From Pseudomonadota bacterium (GTDB taxonomy: Bacteria; Pseudomonadota; Gammaproteobacteria; Burkholderiales; JAKAFK01), in assembly GCA_021817985.1 (NCBI GenBank), contig JAKAFK010000001.1, positions 8,523-72,522 of the forward strand: a stretch of 64,000 nt of DNA. The letters are read 5' to 3'. Below the pieces are notes generated by a model, which was not told the DNA's origin, did not search any database, and worked only from the letters and a program-made list of their open reading frames with translations. A program made the position numbers and the translations under genes. Shown piece by piece: positions 20,725-30,773 of the stretch (position 1 is its first letter; every line of letters begins with the position of its first letter).

Positions 20725-21801
20725 TTATCGAGACCTCCGGACAAAAGGGATTGGAGCGCTCTGGCCGCCGACATCAAGCGCTGGGGCCGCGAGCTCGGCT
20801 TCCAGGGCATCGGTATCACCGACACCGATCTCACGGGTGCGGCGGGCGGGCTCGTGCAGTGGCTGGGCGACGGGTGCCACGGCGACATGCATTATATGGC
20901 AAAGCATATCGCAGAACGCGCGGACCCGGCGACGCTCGTCCCTGGCACGCTACGCATCATCACCGCCCGCATGGACTACCACCCTCCCCGCGCAAGAGAC
21001 AGCCGTTCGGTGCTCGTCGAGGACACCCTCGCGTTCATTTCCCGCTATGCCTTGGGGCGGGACTATCACAAACTGATGCGCCGCCGGCTCCAGCAGTTGG
21101 CGGACCGCATCGCGCAGGCCACCGGGCCTCTGCGCTACCGCGCCTTCAGCGACTCTGCCCCCGTCATGGAAGTCGAGCTCGCGCGCAAGGCCGGACTGGG
21201 CTGGCGCGGCAAGCATACGCTGCTGCTGACGCGCGAACACGGCTCGTGGTTCTTCCTGGGTGAACTCTATGTCGATCTGCCCCTCCCGGTGGACGAACCC
21301 AGCCCTTCGCACTGCGGCACCTGCGCCGCGTGCCTTGCAGCCTGCCCCACACAGGCGTTTGTCGGCCCCTATCGGCTGGACGCCCGCCGCTGCATCTCCT
21401 ACCTCACAATCGAGCATCAGGGCAGCATCCCGGTCGACCTGCGGCCCTTGTTCGGGAACCGCATCTACGGCTGTGACGATTGCCAACTGGTGTGCCCGTG
21501 GAACCGCTTCGCGCAGCCGAGCCACGAACCGGACTTCCGTGTTCGTCAAGGACTCGACGATGTCACGCTCGTTGCGCTATTCGCCTGGAGCGAAGCCGAT
21601 TTCGCCGCCCGGTTTGCCGGTTCCCCCATTCGCCGCATCGGCCACGAGCGGTGGCTGCGCAACATCGCCGTCGCCTTGGGCAACGCCGCGACCTCGACGG
21701 CGATCGTGGCCGCATTGGAGGCCAAACGCGATCATGCCTCCCCGCTCGTGCGGGAACATGTCGCCTGGGCGCTGTCTCGCCATGGCGTTGCAGACATGTG
21801 A
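20710..21801 (+). CDS. queG: Epoxyqueuosine reductase
   Basis: Two 4Fe-4S motifs (CGTCAACLAACP, CDDCQLVCPWN) and C-terminal HEAT-like repeats. ATG at 20710. Confidence 0.85.
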   Translation: MNIRQLSRPPDKRDWSALAADIKRWGRELGFQGIGITDTDLTGAAGGLVQWLGDGCHGDMHYMAKHIAERADPATLVPGTLRIITARMDYHPPRARDSRSVLVEDTLAFISRYALGRDYHKLMRRRLQQLADRIAQATGPLRYRAFSDSAPVMEVELARKAGLGWRGKHTLLLTREHGSWFFLGELYVDLPLPVDEPSPSHCGTCAACLAACPTQAFVGPYRLDARRCISYLTIEHQGSIPVDLRPLFGNRIYGCDDCQLVCPWNRFAQPSHEPDFRVRQGLDDVTLVALFAWSEADFAARFAGSPIRRIGHERWLRNIAVALGNAATSTAIVAALEAKRDHASPLVREHVAWALSRHGVADM

Positions 21802-21887
21802 CGCATCGCGCACAAACCGTTAGAATGGCGCATGTCCAGACCCTGCGACAATGCCCTTCGCGCCGCCGCGCCGCTTGCATCCATATC

Positions 21888-22697
21888 ATGACAGACCTCG
21901 ATCCCCGCGCGCCCATCGGCGTGTTCGACTCCGGCATCGGCGGATTGACCGTCGTCCGCGCGCTCATGGAGCGGCTTCCGTTCGAGAACATCCTCTACTT
22001 CGGGGACACCGCCCGCGTTCCTTACGGCGTGAAGTCGGTCGAGACGATTTGCCACTACACGCGCGAAATCGCCGAATTCCTCCTGCAAAAGCAGGTCAAG
22101 CTCCTGGTCATCGCGTGCAACACCATGGCGGCGGTCGCCTCCCAGGTCGTCAAGGACCTGTCCGCGGTTCCGGTGCTCGACGTGATCGATGCCGGCGCAA
22201 CCCATGCCGTGGTGCACACCCGTGCACAGCGCATCGGCGTCATCGGCACCCCGACCACCATCAACAGCAACGCTTACGCGCAGGCCATTCATGAGCAGGG
22301 AGCTCCCGTCCGCGTCTATTCCCAGGCGTGCCCGCTCCTCGTCCCGCTGGTCGAGGAAGGCTGGCTCGATCACGAAGTCACGCGTCTGACTTGCCAGGAG
22401 TATCTCAAACCGCTCCTGGCCAACCACATCGACACCCTGGTCTTAGGCTGCACGCACTACCCCCTCCTCAAGCCACTGCTGCAGGAGGTGGCAGGCAGCG
22501 CCGTGCGCCTGGTCGACTCCGCGGAGACCATGGCCGAGCGGGTCGCCACCTTGCTCGGCGAACTGCAGCTGGCCAATAGCGCGCGCACCCCGCCGTCGTA
22601 TGAATTTTTCGTGACCGACGTTCCTTTGCGTTTCCAGACAATCGGCGAGCGTTTTCTGGGACGCGGCCTGCGCAATGTGCACGTCGTAAAATGGTAG
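21888..22697 (+). CDS. murI: Glutamate racemase
   Basis: IGVFDSGIGGLTV, IACNTMA and LGCTHYPLL motifs. ATG at 21888. Confidence 0.9.
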   Translation: MTDLDPRAPIGVFDSGIGGLTVVRALMERLPFENILYFGDTARVPYGVKSVETICHYTREIAEFLLQKQVKLLVIACNTMAAVASQVVKDLSAVPVLDVIDAGATHAVVHTRAQRIGVIGTPTTINSNAYAQAIHEQGAPVRVYSQACPLLVPLVEEGWLDHEVTRLTCQEYLKPLLANHIDTLVLGCTHYPLLKPLLQEVAGSAVRLVDSAETMAERVATLLGELQLANSARTPPSYEFFVTDVPLRFQTIGERFLGRGLRNVHVVKW

Positions 22698-22739
22698 CTG
22701 AGGCTCCCGCAGCGCAACGAACCCAGCGAGGCTGACCGC

Positions 22740-23564
22740 ATGCCCTCTTTGCCCCTGATCCTGGAACCCGACGAGCTGGAAGCCCACTTGTCCGACCCGG
22801 GCCTTCTCATCGTCGATCTGTGCAAGCCGGACCTCTACCCCCGCGCCCACGTTCCCGGCGCGATCCATCTCGACTATCGGCGGCTGGTGGAAAGGCGTGG
22901 CCATGCCGGCGGATTGTTGCCCGATGCCGCCGCATTGAGCGAGCTCCTCTCCAGCCTAGGCATCACGCCGCAGCGCCATGTCTGTGCCTATGATGACGAA
23001 GGCGGCGGGCGGGCATCGCGCCTGCTGTGGACGCTCGACGTCGTCGGACATGAGAACTTTTCCCTCCTGAACGGCGGCTTCCTGGCATGGTACAACGAAG
23101 GCCACCCGGTCGAGTCGCAACCCCATGAGGCCCAGCCGGCGACCTATCCCGTCGCCGCCGTTCGACGGGGACTGGCCGATTGCGAATACGTGCTCTCCCA
23201 CTTTGCGGATCCCCACGTGAAGATACTCGATGCGCGAAGCCGCAACGAGTATCTCGGGCTCACCCGCTTTTCGGCACGCAACGGCCACATCCCGGGCGCG
23301 GTGAACCTGGAGTGGACCTTTGCCATGGATCCTGCACAGCATCTTCGGCTCAAGCCGCTCCCGCTCCTGCGCCAGATCCTCGAAGCCTCCGACATCACGC
23401 CGGACAAGGAGGTGATCGTGCACTGCCAGACGCACCACCGCTCCGCCCATACCTACATCATGCTGAAGGCGCTCGGTTACCCGCAGATCAAAGGCTACGC
23501 CGGTTCCTGGTCCGAATGGGGGAACCGCGACGACACACCGATCGAGACGGACGAGGGGCCTTAG
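22740..23564 (+). CDS. Two-domain rhodanese sulfurtransferase (thiosulfate/3-mercaptopyruvate type)
   Basis: Tandem rhodanese domains. Active-site loop is CQTHHRS. Confidence 0.85.
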   Translation: MPSLPLILEPDELEAHLSDPGLLIVDLCKPDLYPRAHVPGAIHLDYRRLVERRGHAGGLLPDAAALSELLSSLGITPQRHVCAYDDEGGGRASRLLWTLDVVGHENFSLLNGGFLAWYNEGHPVESQPHEAQPATYPVAAVRRGLADCEYVLSHFADPHVKILDARSRNEYLGLTRFSARNGHIPGAVNLEWTFAMDPAQHLRLKPLPLLRQILEASDITPDKEVIVHCQTHHRSAHTYIMLKALGYPQIKGYAGSWSEWGNRDDTPIETDEGP

Positions 23565-23569
23565 GACGT

Positions 23570-24240
23570 CTGGCGGGTGGCGCTCGCGGAGTGCCCAGCG
23601 GGCATGCCTGGCGAATCCGGCGCCTCGTGCCCATGTCATCGCCCCGTAGGCCAGGGTCCAGAAATCCGTAAATACCTGTAACGACTCGGGTGAGTCCATC
23701 ATGCGCTCGGTAAACAGGACGCCGGTCATGCCTTCCGTTCGCGCATGAGATTCTCAATCGAATAGGTCCCCCGGCATGGCCCTCACCGTGCCCAACCCCG
23801 TGCGGAAAGTCAGTAGGTCGCGCATCGTGATGGCGCGTCTGGCAGGTACCGTGTCGTCGGAGGGCGACGCCCGCGTGCGCAAGACCCGACGATCCCCCGG
23901 TTCGGCGGCCACCGCTCAATCGAGGCACAGCCCGCACGCCTCGATCAGAATCATGGCCGCGGCGGCCGTCAACGGCGTCGCCAGTGATGCGGTCCGGAAA
24001 ACGGCATTGCGCGGCACAGGCGCGGGCATCCGCAACGACAGGGCGCCCAGCGTTCCCACCCGGCGGTCGTGGTGTCGGCTCAGGAGCGCCACCATCCCCG
24101 GAATGTCACCGCGCTCGACGTATCCGGACAGCACATGACGCAGCCGCGTCTCTGGAGGACACTGCGCCGAAAGAGCGGCGGCGCTCCTCACCCTTGAGGA
24201 ATAGCCGATTGGGCAAACCTCGGCAACATGGCCTGCGGCG
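23570..24240 (-). pseudogene. Decayed serine hydrolase / beta-lactamase-family gene
   Basis: One minus-strand frame reads ..LRHVLSGYVERGDIPGMVALLS..FRTASLATPLTAAAAMILIE..LD*AVAAEPG..ITMRDLLTFRTGLG..DLFD*E.. This is a family-typical motif order with two in-frame TGA stops (23916-23918 and ~23760). The SxxK lysine is replaced (SLAT) and the C-terminal half is missing. Confidence 0.55.
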
Positions 24241-24243
24241 GGT

Positions 24244-25296
24244 TCAACGACGGGAACGCGGCCGCAAATAGCCGGTGACTTCCTCGCGATCATGATAGAG
24301 GTGTTTGAGGGTCAGTTCGAAGGCCGTGCCGGCAAGTGCCAGGCGCTCGGCGATGAGTTCCCTGCAAAGGTCCACCGCCTCAAACCGCTTCTTCATGGGC
24401 AGCTTGAGGTTGAAGATGCAGGCACGGCACATCCCGGAGGCCATCCATTCTGCCACGAGAAGCGCAACGCGCGAGGGTTTGTCGACCATGTCGCAGACCA
24501 TCCAGTCGACAGGTTTGCGCGGGCGGAAACGGAAGCCGTCGGCGCGCATGTGGGTCACGCATCCGGATGCCAGAACCTTCGGATCGAGCCGGCCATTATC
24601 CACGGCGATCACCGCCAGGCCTCGGCGCGCAAGCTCGAAGCTCCACCCACCCGGCGCAGCCCCGAGATCAACAGCCGTGGCCCCCGGGCGCAGCCGCCTG
24701 GCCTGTTCGTCCGGGGACAAAAAAGCGGCAAAGGCTTCCACCAGCTTGAGCGAGGAGCGGCTCGGCGCGCCTTTCGGAAAGCGGAGCCGCGGAATCCCCA
24801 TGAACCAGGGGGACGCATTGCTGGGCCAGGACAAGCCCATGTAGGCCGCGTCCTGGCTCACGAAAAAGACGTGAAGGCGAGGGCCGCGCATACCTTCCCT
24901 AAGCCGGCCGGAATCCTTCAGGCGATCGCGCAACGGTACCTCGAGACGCCGGCACAGCCCAAGGCGCGCGCGGGCCTCGTTGGTATCCGCCGTCTCGACG
25001 AAGACGTCGGAAAATGCCTCGTGGAGCATGGCGGCTTCGTCCACCAAGCGCGCCACCCGATCCGTGGGCGGAAGATTCCCCATCCATCCGGAAGAAAAAA
25101 ACATCTGCCGGGCAAAGACCAAGTCCGAAAACTGAAGCGAGGAAGCGAGCCCCTTGGCCGCCTCCGCGCGGTGCGGTGAAAAGACCACGAACCCGCTTAC
25201 CGGGTCGGCTTGGATCTCGCCCGAGACCGGATGGGCACGCACACGGACTTCCTCCGCGCATGCCCTCTCGAAGCCCGCACGCGTGTAAAAGACCAT
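24244..25296 (-). CDS. rlmM: 23S rRNA (cytidine2498-2'-O)-methyltransferase RlmM (start uncertain, ORF open to 25443)
   Basis: MVFYTRAGFERACAEEV.. parallels the RlmM N-terminus (..LYCRPGFEKECAAE). C-terminal SAM-MTase motif DLGAAPGGWS. Confidence 0.8.
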   Translation of the reverse strand: MVFYTRAGFERACAEEVRVRAHPVSGEIQADPVSGFVVFSPHRAEAAKGLASSLQFSDLVFARQMFFSSGWMGNLPPTDRVARLVDEAAMLHEAFSDVFVETADTNEARARLGLCRRLEVPLRDRLKDSGRLREGMRGPRLHVFFVSQDAAYMGLSWPSNASPWFMGIPRLRFPKGAPSRSSLKLVEAFAAFLSPDEQARRLRPGATAVDLGAAPGGWSFELARRGLAVIAVDNGRLDPKVLASGCVTHMRADGFRFRPRKPVDWMVCDMVDKPSRVALLVAEWMASGMCRACIFNLKLPMKKRFEAVDLCRELIAERLALAGTAFELTLKHLYHDREEVTGYLRPRSRR

Positions 25297-25532
25297 GCAC
25301 GGCGCATAGGCCGCGTTTGCGCGCCGCTCGACGCCCAGCGCATCCGCCGCCACCGGACCGGGCTTGGCTGCTGCTCGCCGGTCGGCCTGCGCAGGAGACA
25401 CGCCCCTTCCGGTCGCCGGCGGGTCTCTTTGACATTCCCGCATTATTCGGATATCGTTATCTTCAGCTCAATATGTCCCAACAGAGCATAAAACTAAAGA
25501 CATCTATCTCAAAAATCTAAAAGGAGAAAAGC

Positions 25533-25628
25533 ATGGGTTGGATATTCAGCGCGGAAAATCTTCCCCTCACGGTCGTCGTGGCCCTGATCGTCTGGGCCTA
25601 TATTTCCTTCTTCTCCGTGATCCTCTGA
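25533..25628 (+). CDS. 31-aa hydrophobic micro-protein (single predicted TM helix)
   Basis: Below the ORF-track cutoff. AAGGAG lies 7 nt upstream of the ATG at 25533. Translation MGWIFSAENLPLTVVVALIVWAYISFFSVIL*. Preceded by an AT-rich leader that is unusual for this genome. Confidence 0.45.
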   Translation: MGWIFSAENLPLTVVVALIVWAYISFFSVIL

Positions 25629-25685
25629 GCATCCACCGGGCACGCCGCGTCGAGCATCGCGCGGCGTGGAAAACGGGCGCGCGAA

Positions 25686-26090
25686 TCAGGGGCGCTCGCA
25701 GCCCCAGGCACGAATGAAATCCGGCAGATCCTGCCGGTCCGTCTCCGACATGCGCCGCAATAGCGCCTGCAGCTGCAGGGCGTGATGCTGGAGCGTCTCA
25801 GGCGCAAGCCGCACCGTCTTCCGGCCGAGCTTCAACACCCCTTTCTTGAGATACGCGATGCGCGCGGCATGGTGCGCGTGCCACACGGGCTGCGGCCTGC
25901 GGGCGCGCAGCGCGGCGTTGATGCTGTCGATGATGCGCCGCTTCTCCTGCGGCGCCAGTGCGGCTGCCAAGGGGAACGCCATCCTGGCGACCTCATGGCC
26001 AAAGGCCACTTCGTAGCGATGCAAGGCGATGTTAAGCGGATCGAGATCCATCCACGCACAACGCTCCGCCCATCCGTCATCGGAACTCAT
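25686..26090 (-). CDS. Hypothetical protein
   Basis: 134-aa ORF from MSSDDGW.. No recognisable domain. Confidence 0.4.
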   Translation of the reverse strand: MSSDDGWAERCAWMDLDPLNIALHRYEVAFGHEVARMAFPLAAALAPQEKRRIIDSINAALRARRPQPVWHAHHAARIAYLKKGVLKLGRKTVRLAPETLQHHALQLQALLRRMSETDRQDLPDFIRAWGCERP

Positions 26091-26232
26091 CACGCACCTT
26101 CCTGGCGCAGCCACATGCTCGATGCGTCTCGGCGAAAAACACCCCTATTCCAAACGACCGGTCCGCGCCCGCCGCCCAGAGGAACCTGCGAGCACCCTGC
26201 CCGCCCTCCTGAAGGGCCGCGCGCACCGACGC

Positions 26233-26727
26233 TCAGTGGACACTGCATGTGCCGCCGGCATCCGCCGGCCTGCCTTCCGCGATCTCCTCAGGCGTCGCAT
26301 CCCGGATGGAGACGATCTTGACGACGAATGTCGCAGTGCGGCCCGCCAACGGATGGTTCCCGTCGACGGTCAACCGCCCATCCTTGATCTCGCTCACGTG
26401 AAACGTCATCTGCTCGCCCTGATCGTTCTCGAAAAGGACTTCAGCCCCCACATAACGATATTCTGGCGGAACGTTCTCGATGTCGTCCGTATAGGTCAGC
26501 TCGGCCTTATGCTCCCCAAATCCTTCGCTGGGGGGCAGAACCACCTCAACCTTGTCGCCGACCCGGTGTCCGTCGAGAGCCTGCTCGATCTTGTCGAATA
26601 GGCCGCTGTTGGCCCGGTGCACGTATCCCACGGGCAGGTCATACTGCTCGAACACGCTGCCCGCGTCGTCGAGGATCGAGTAGGTGAGGTAGACCACCTT
26701 ATGCTGTGCTACAACGGGTTCCGCCAT
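26233..26727 (-). CDS. slyD: FKBP-type peptidyl-prolyl isomerase (SlyD-like)
   Basis: FKBP core with IF-domain insertion (VVYLTYSILDDAG..HPLAGRTATFVVKIVSIRDAT). ATG at 26727. Confidence 0.85.
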   Translation of the reverse strand: MAEPVVAQHKVVYLTYSILDDAGSVFEQYDLPVGYVHRANSGLFDKIEQALDGHRVGDKVEVVLPPSEGFGEHKAELTYTDDIENVPPEYRYVGAEVLFENDQGEQMTFHVSEIKDGRLTVDGNHPLAGRTATFVVKIVSIRDATPEEIAEGRPADAGGTCSVH

Positions 26728-26771
26728 TGATTTCTCCGAAGCGGCGCGTCCGATAGGCCCCACGCGCCAAT

Positions 26772-28901
26772 TCAAGTTCCGCCTTCGGAGCCATCCCCGC
26801 GTGCGAGAACGCGGGCGGCCTCCTGCGGCTCCTGGGCCCGCCAGTTTACCTGATTATGGACATCGACGCGAACCTCGGGGCCCATCTCCAGTTCCAGCAC
26901 CACATCGCAGGCGCGCCCGCGCCTGCCCAGGTCCCAGGATGCCGACAGCACGATGGCCTGCATGATTTTTTCAAAACCGGCTTCCGATTGCGACACCGTG
27001 TACAGGGGCTGCGCGGTCAGGGTCACCGGCCGGCTCGCGCGCACCGTGAGCGCCCCTTGCAGCACGCCGTCGTGGAGTTCGAGCGCCCTCGCCTGCTTGA
27101 GCGTCAAGAGCGATGCAAACCCGCCCAGGATGCGCCCGTCGGCGACAAAACGGCCCGCCGGCCCGTCGCAGCTCGGCATCGCCAAGTGAATATCCGTCAG
27201 AAACCTGCCGCTCGACTGGCCATTGAACTTGTAGGCGACGCGCAGACGTCGCCCCGAAAGGCTGATGCGCTTGGTCACCCACAGGCCGGCCTGCTCCCCC
27301 GTTTGGCAGGCAAGGGTCACGCCGGCTTCGTCGGCCGACTCCGACTTCAAGACATAGCTCGTCAGCGGGTACTCTTCTTCCGACGTGCACCAGCGATCAT
27401 TGAAAAGATGTCGCGGATGGACATCGGGCACGAGATCGGCGGGAACGATCTCGTGCTTGAACGCCACCCGGTCGTGCGCCGAAGCGATCCCCTCCTGCGG
27501 ATCCTGCGAAATCTCCCGCAGCTGGATCTTGCGGTAATAGTGCTCGATCCTGCGCGCCAGCGTATCACCGAAATTATGGCCCAGTGCGTAGTCGTCGAGC
27601 TCGCACACGCTCGCACGGCCGTCGAGGCGCACCACGGCCTGCAGGCATCCGTTGCTCAGAAAAATCTCGTCGTGCCCATCGAGATCGACATCAGCCCGGA
27701 TCTGCGGAGGCCGGGCCGAGACCTGGTCCAGCAGTCCCTCGAGGCGCACGATCGCAGCGTAGACCGCACGGCGCAGATGGGGCAGGTACAAGCCGCCAAA
27801 AAGCCCATGCCAGTATGCATCGTTGGCCTGCGCCTCATATAGGTAGGTGCGCATCGCTTCGGTCTGCTGCTCGCCGGCCAGGGCATGGAAGCGCTCCGAC
27901 AACCCCAGCATCCGTTTGTGCATCCAGTTCGCCTCCGCGTAGCGGCTCATGAAATTCTTCCAGATCCCGCCGCGCAAGAACGCCTTGTCCTGGTTGAAGG
28001 TGCCGGCCGCCTTGGCCTGGCCCAGCAGTTCCGCGTAACGGTCCGCGGCCTCGGCCGGCAAGGTCCATTCGTTCATTTCGACGTAGGAGGTGACGGGCAG
28101 ATAGACCACGCCCCGCGTCCTCGCCTGCGCATGGTAGTCCGCATAGCGCAATGTGCGGATACGCGGTGAGCCGAGCACACCCTCGATGAAGTCCCGCAGC
28201 CAGCCCTGCTCGTAGACCCATTGGTAGGTCTCCGGCCAGATGCCGAACTTTTCGATATCATCGAAATAAATCGCCGCCGCCTGCCCCCCCGTATCGGCCA
28301 ACCCTTCCAGATAGGCCACCGCATCACCGGCGGGCGAAAACGGGAAGCGGTAACGCAATTCCTCGGAGATCGGAAACAAGTCGAGTCTCGTCCCACCTTC
28401 CTCGGTGCTGAAGAACCCCTTGAGCGCAGGCGCCTTGAGCCCTGTGCAAAGGAAATGGTAGTCGTCCACCGTCGTGTACGCGATGCCGGCCTCGTGCAGG
28501 CCGGGCACGACGGTCGCGTCCCACACGCGCTCGGTCAGCCAGGCTCCCTCGGGCCGTTTTCCCAGGAGTCGCTCCAGTTTGTCCGCCAAGGCGCGGACCT
28601 GACCGACGCGGTCGCGGTGCGGGATGGCCGCCAGCACGGGCTCCGTGTCGCCGCCCCCGAACAGTTCGGCCTGCCCGCGCGCCACCATGGTCCGAAGCCT
28701 AGCCAGGTCCTCCGGATGCGTCCGCGCCAGATAGTCCAGCAACCACCCGCTGATATGGATCGCGAATCGGAACTCGGGATACTGGTGCACCGTTTCCAGG
28801 AAGGGGCGATAGCAGCGGCTGTGCGCATCCTCCAATACCGAATGAAAATTGCCCACCGGCTGGTGGGCATGTACGCCAAATAACAGGGAGAGGGAAGTCA
28901 T
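26772..28901 (-). CDS. Glycoside hydrolase family 57 protein, large form (4-alpha-glucanotransferase/amylase-like)
   Basis: N-terminal LLFGVHAHQPVGNF and GQAELFGGG motifs of GH57, with a long C-terminal extension. 709 aa from the ATG at 28901. Confidence 0.8.
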   Translation of the reverse strand: MTSLSLLFGVHAHQPVGNFHSVLEDAHSRCYRPFLETVHQYPEFRFAIHISGWLLDYLARTHPEDLARLRTMVARGQAELFGGGDTEPVLAAIPHRDRVGQVRALADKLERLLGKRPEGAWLTERVWDATVVPGLHEAGIAYTTVDDYHFLCTGLKAPALKGFFSTEEGGTRLDLFPISEELRYRFPFSPAGDAVAYLEGLADTGGQAAAIYFDDIEKFGIWPETYQWVYEQGWLRDFIEGVLGSPRIRTLRYADYHAQARTRGVVYLPVTSYVEMNEWTLPAEAADRYAELLGQAKAAGTFNQDKAFLRGGIWKNFMSRYAEANWMHKRMLGLSERFHALAGEQQTEAMRTYLYEAQANDAYWHGLFGGLYLPHLRRAVYAAIVRLEGLLDQVSARPPQIRADVDLDGHDEIFLSNGCLQAVVRLDGRASVCELDDYALGHNFGDTLARRIEHYYRKIQLREISQDPQEGIASAHDRVAFKHEIVPADLVPDVHPRHLFNDRWCTSEEEYPLTSYVLKSESADEAGVTLACQTGEQAGLWVTKRISLSGRRLRVAYKFNGQSSGRFLTDIHLAMPSCDGPAGRFVADGRILGGFASLLTLKQARALELHDGVLQGALTVRASRPVTLTAQPLYTVSQSEAGFEKIMQAIVLSASWDLGRRGRACDVVLELEMGPEVRVDVHNQVNWRAQEPQEAARVLARGDGSEGGT

Positions 28902-29006
28902 TTTTTTCCGGTGTTCAGGGCCGAGAAGGCAGGCGGCTGCCCGCGGTACGCCGGTTTCGATCACGCAACACGCGCGCGGGCCGGCTAAGCGCATGTGCCC
29001 GACCGC

Positions 29007-30773
29007 TCATGAGGCCCGCCGCATGGTGCCTCCTCGCTCGGCCGCCTCCGCCCCGCCCCGACTGATCGGGCGATCCAGCCACCCGGGGGCCGGAAGCTTG
29101 AGCAGGGCGTAAAGATGGCGGAGATTGTCGCGGAAGAGCTTGTCGAAGCTCTCCACGCTGTGTCTCGGGTTGTCGTCGCCAAACCACCAGAACCAGTCCG
29201 AGCTCTCGCAGTCTGCGAGCTGTTCGTGGGCGATGTGCTTCTCCTCCTCGGTGAGCTTGTCGCTCGTCATCATCAGGTCGAAGCTTTGCTTGGCCTTGCA
29301 CAATAGATCCCACGCACGGTTCTTGTCGGGCGAACCGATCCAGGTGGAAAAGGTGCCGTAGACCCAGCTGCCGGCGACGAGGCTCGGCAGCACCCCGAAG
29401 GTCGCGCAGCGGGAAGACGGCGAGGCGCGCTCGTCGCCGGGCGGCGCACAGCTGTCCAGGTAGGCGCTGAAGGTCGTCATCTCGATCGCCGGGTGGTGCG
29501 CGAGCGCCTCATACAGGCCGTCCAGAAAATAATATCCATTATAAGGATAATACTCCCAAGCGTTCTCACCATCGAGGATGACGCTCACCACGGGATCATA
29601 GGCGTCGGTCGGGAAATTGGCGAGAATCTCCTCCAGCTCGTGCACGAAATTCTTGACGGCGTCCTCTCCGTTCCATTTCCCATATTCGAAGCCGATCAAG
29701 TCGGATAGCCGGTCGTCGCGAAAAAAGCAAGCCGGAGATGCCCCCGCCGCCTGGATGTGATAGGGACGGTAGAGATAGTCCCGCCGGTCTCCCGGCTCGG
29801 CGGGCGAATAGTGGCGCAGGCTATTGGCCAGCACGCCCTCACCGCTGGCCGTCCAGCGGCAACCGCGCTGCCCGAGCATGCGCACGAAGGCATCCGACAC
29901 CCCCCCCTCCGCCGGCCAGAGCCCCTGTGGACGCGCACCGAAGCGGTGCTCGTGCGAGGACAGCGCCGACTCGACATGAAACGCGACGCGGACGGGACCG
30001 TTCGGATAACAGGGGGAGTCGGGCAACTGCACATCCGGAACACTCTCCCGCGCGACCCTGAAATCGAGCAGCAGCGGGGCAATCGGATGATAATGGGGGG
30101 TGCTCGACAGCTCGATGCGGCCCGCGTCGGCGAGCGCCTTGTAGCGCGCCATGAGCCCGCTCAAGATCTCGCCGATGAGCCGGTAAAGCGCCAGGCGATC
30201 GGCATGGGTGAAGCGCTCCCCCTTGGTCATCAAACCGATCAGGAATTCGTGCTCGCGGCGGACGGTCTCGCCTGTCCACGCCAAGTGGTACCACACCAGG
30301 AGATCGGCCATATACTGCCCCGACACGTAGTGGGCCGCCGAGCCGCCGCTCTCCTCCAACACCCGGTAGATGGCCACCAGCCGCTTGAACGCCGGAAAAG
30401 GCTCCACCATGGTCGTATGGTTGGCCCGAAAGCAGTCGTTCAGGACAATTTGCCGCTCCTCGTCGGTGATCCGGTCGAGGTCCTCGGCCGCCAGCAGGCG
30501 CAACAGGGGGTCGCGAACAGTGCCTTGCCTGAATGCCTGCACATACGCTTCCAGCTGGTCAAGGAGGACCGGCACGAAGTTGAAGACCGCCCGCGCCTGC
30601 GGATGACGCTCGAGGTGGCGGACCATGTCGGTATAGTCCTTGAGCGCATGGAGGTAGGTCCAGGGCAAGATGAACTCGCCGCTGGCATGATCGCGATAGT
30701 CCGGCTGGTGCATATGCCAGCACAGGATAAGACGCAATCGACGTTGTTCGGCCGACACGGTCGTCGCGCTCAA
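29007..30773 (-). CDS. Glycoside hydrolase family 57 protein
   Basis: [12 protein letters not shown] and [18 protein letters not shown] (catalytic Glu region) motifs. The TTG start overlaps the glgC stop (TTGA). Confidence 0.8.
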   Translation of the reverse strand: MSATTVSAEQRRLRLILCWHMHQPDYRDHASGEFILPWTYLHALKDYTDMVRHLERHPQARAVFNFVPVLLDQLEAYVQAFRQGTVRDPLLRLLAAEDLDRITDEERQIVLNDCFRANHTTMVEPFPAFKRLVAIYRVLEESGGSAAHYVSGQYMADLLVWYHLAWTGETVRREHEFLIGLMTKGERFTHADRLALYRLIGEILSGLMARYKALADAGRIELSSTPHYHPIAPLLLDFRVARESVPDVQLPDSPCYPNGPVRVAFHVESALSSHEHRFGARPQGLWPAEGGVSDAFVRMLGQRGCRWTASGEGVLANSLRHYSPAEPGDRRDYLYRPYHIQAAGASPACFFRDDRLSDLIGFEYGKWNGEDAVKNFVHELEEILANFPTDAYDPVVSVILDGENAWEYYPYNGYYFLDGLYEALAHHPAIEMTTFSAYLDSCAPPGDERASPSSRCATFGVLPSLVAGSWVYGTFSTWIGSPDKNRAWDLLCKAKQSFDLMMTSDKLTEEEKHIAHEQLADCESSDWFWWFGDDNPRHSVESFDKLFRDNLRHLYALLKLPAPGWLDRPISRGGAEAAERGGTMRRAS

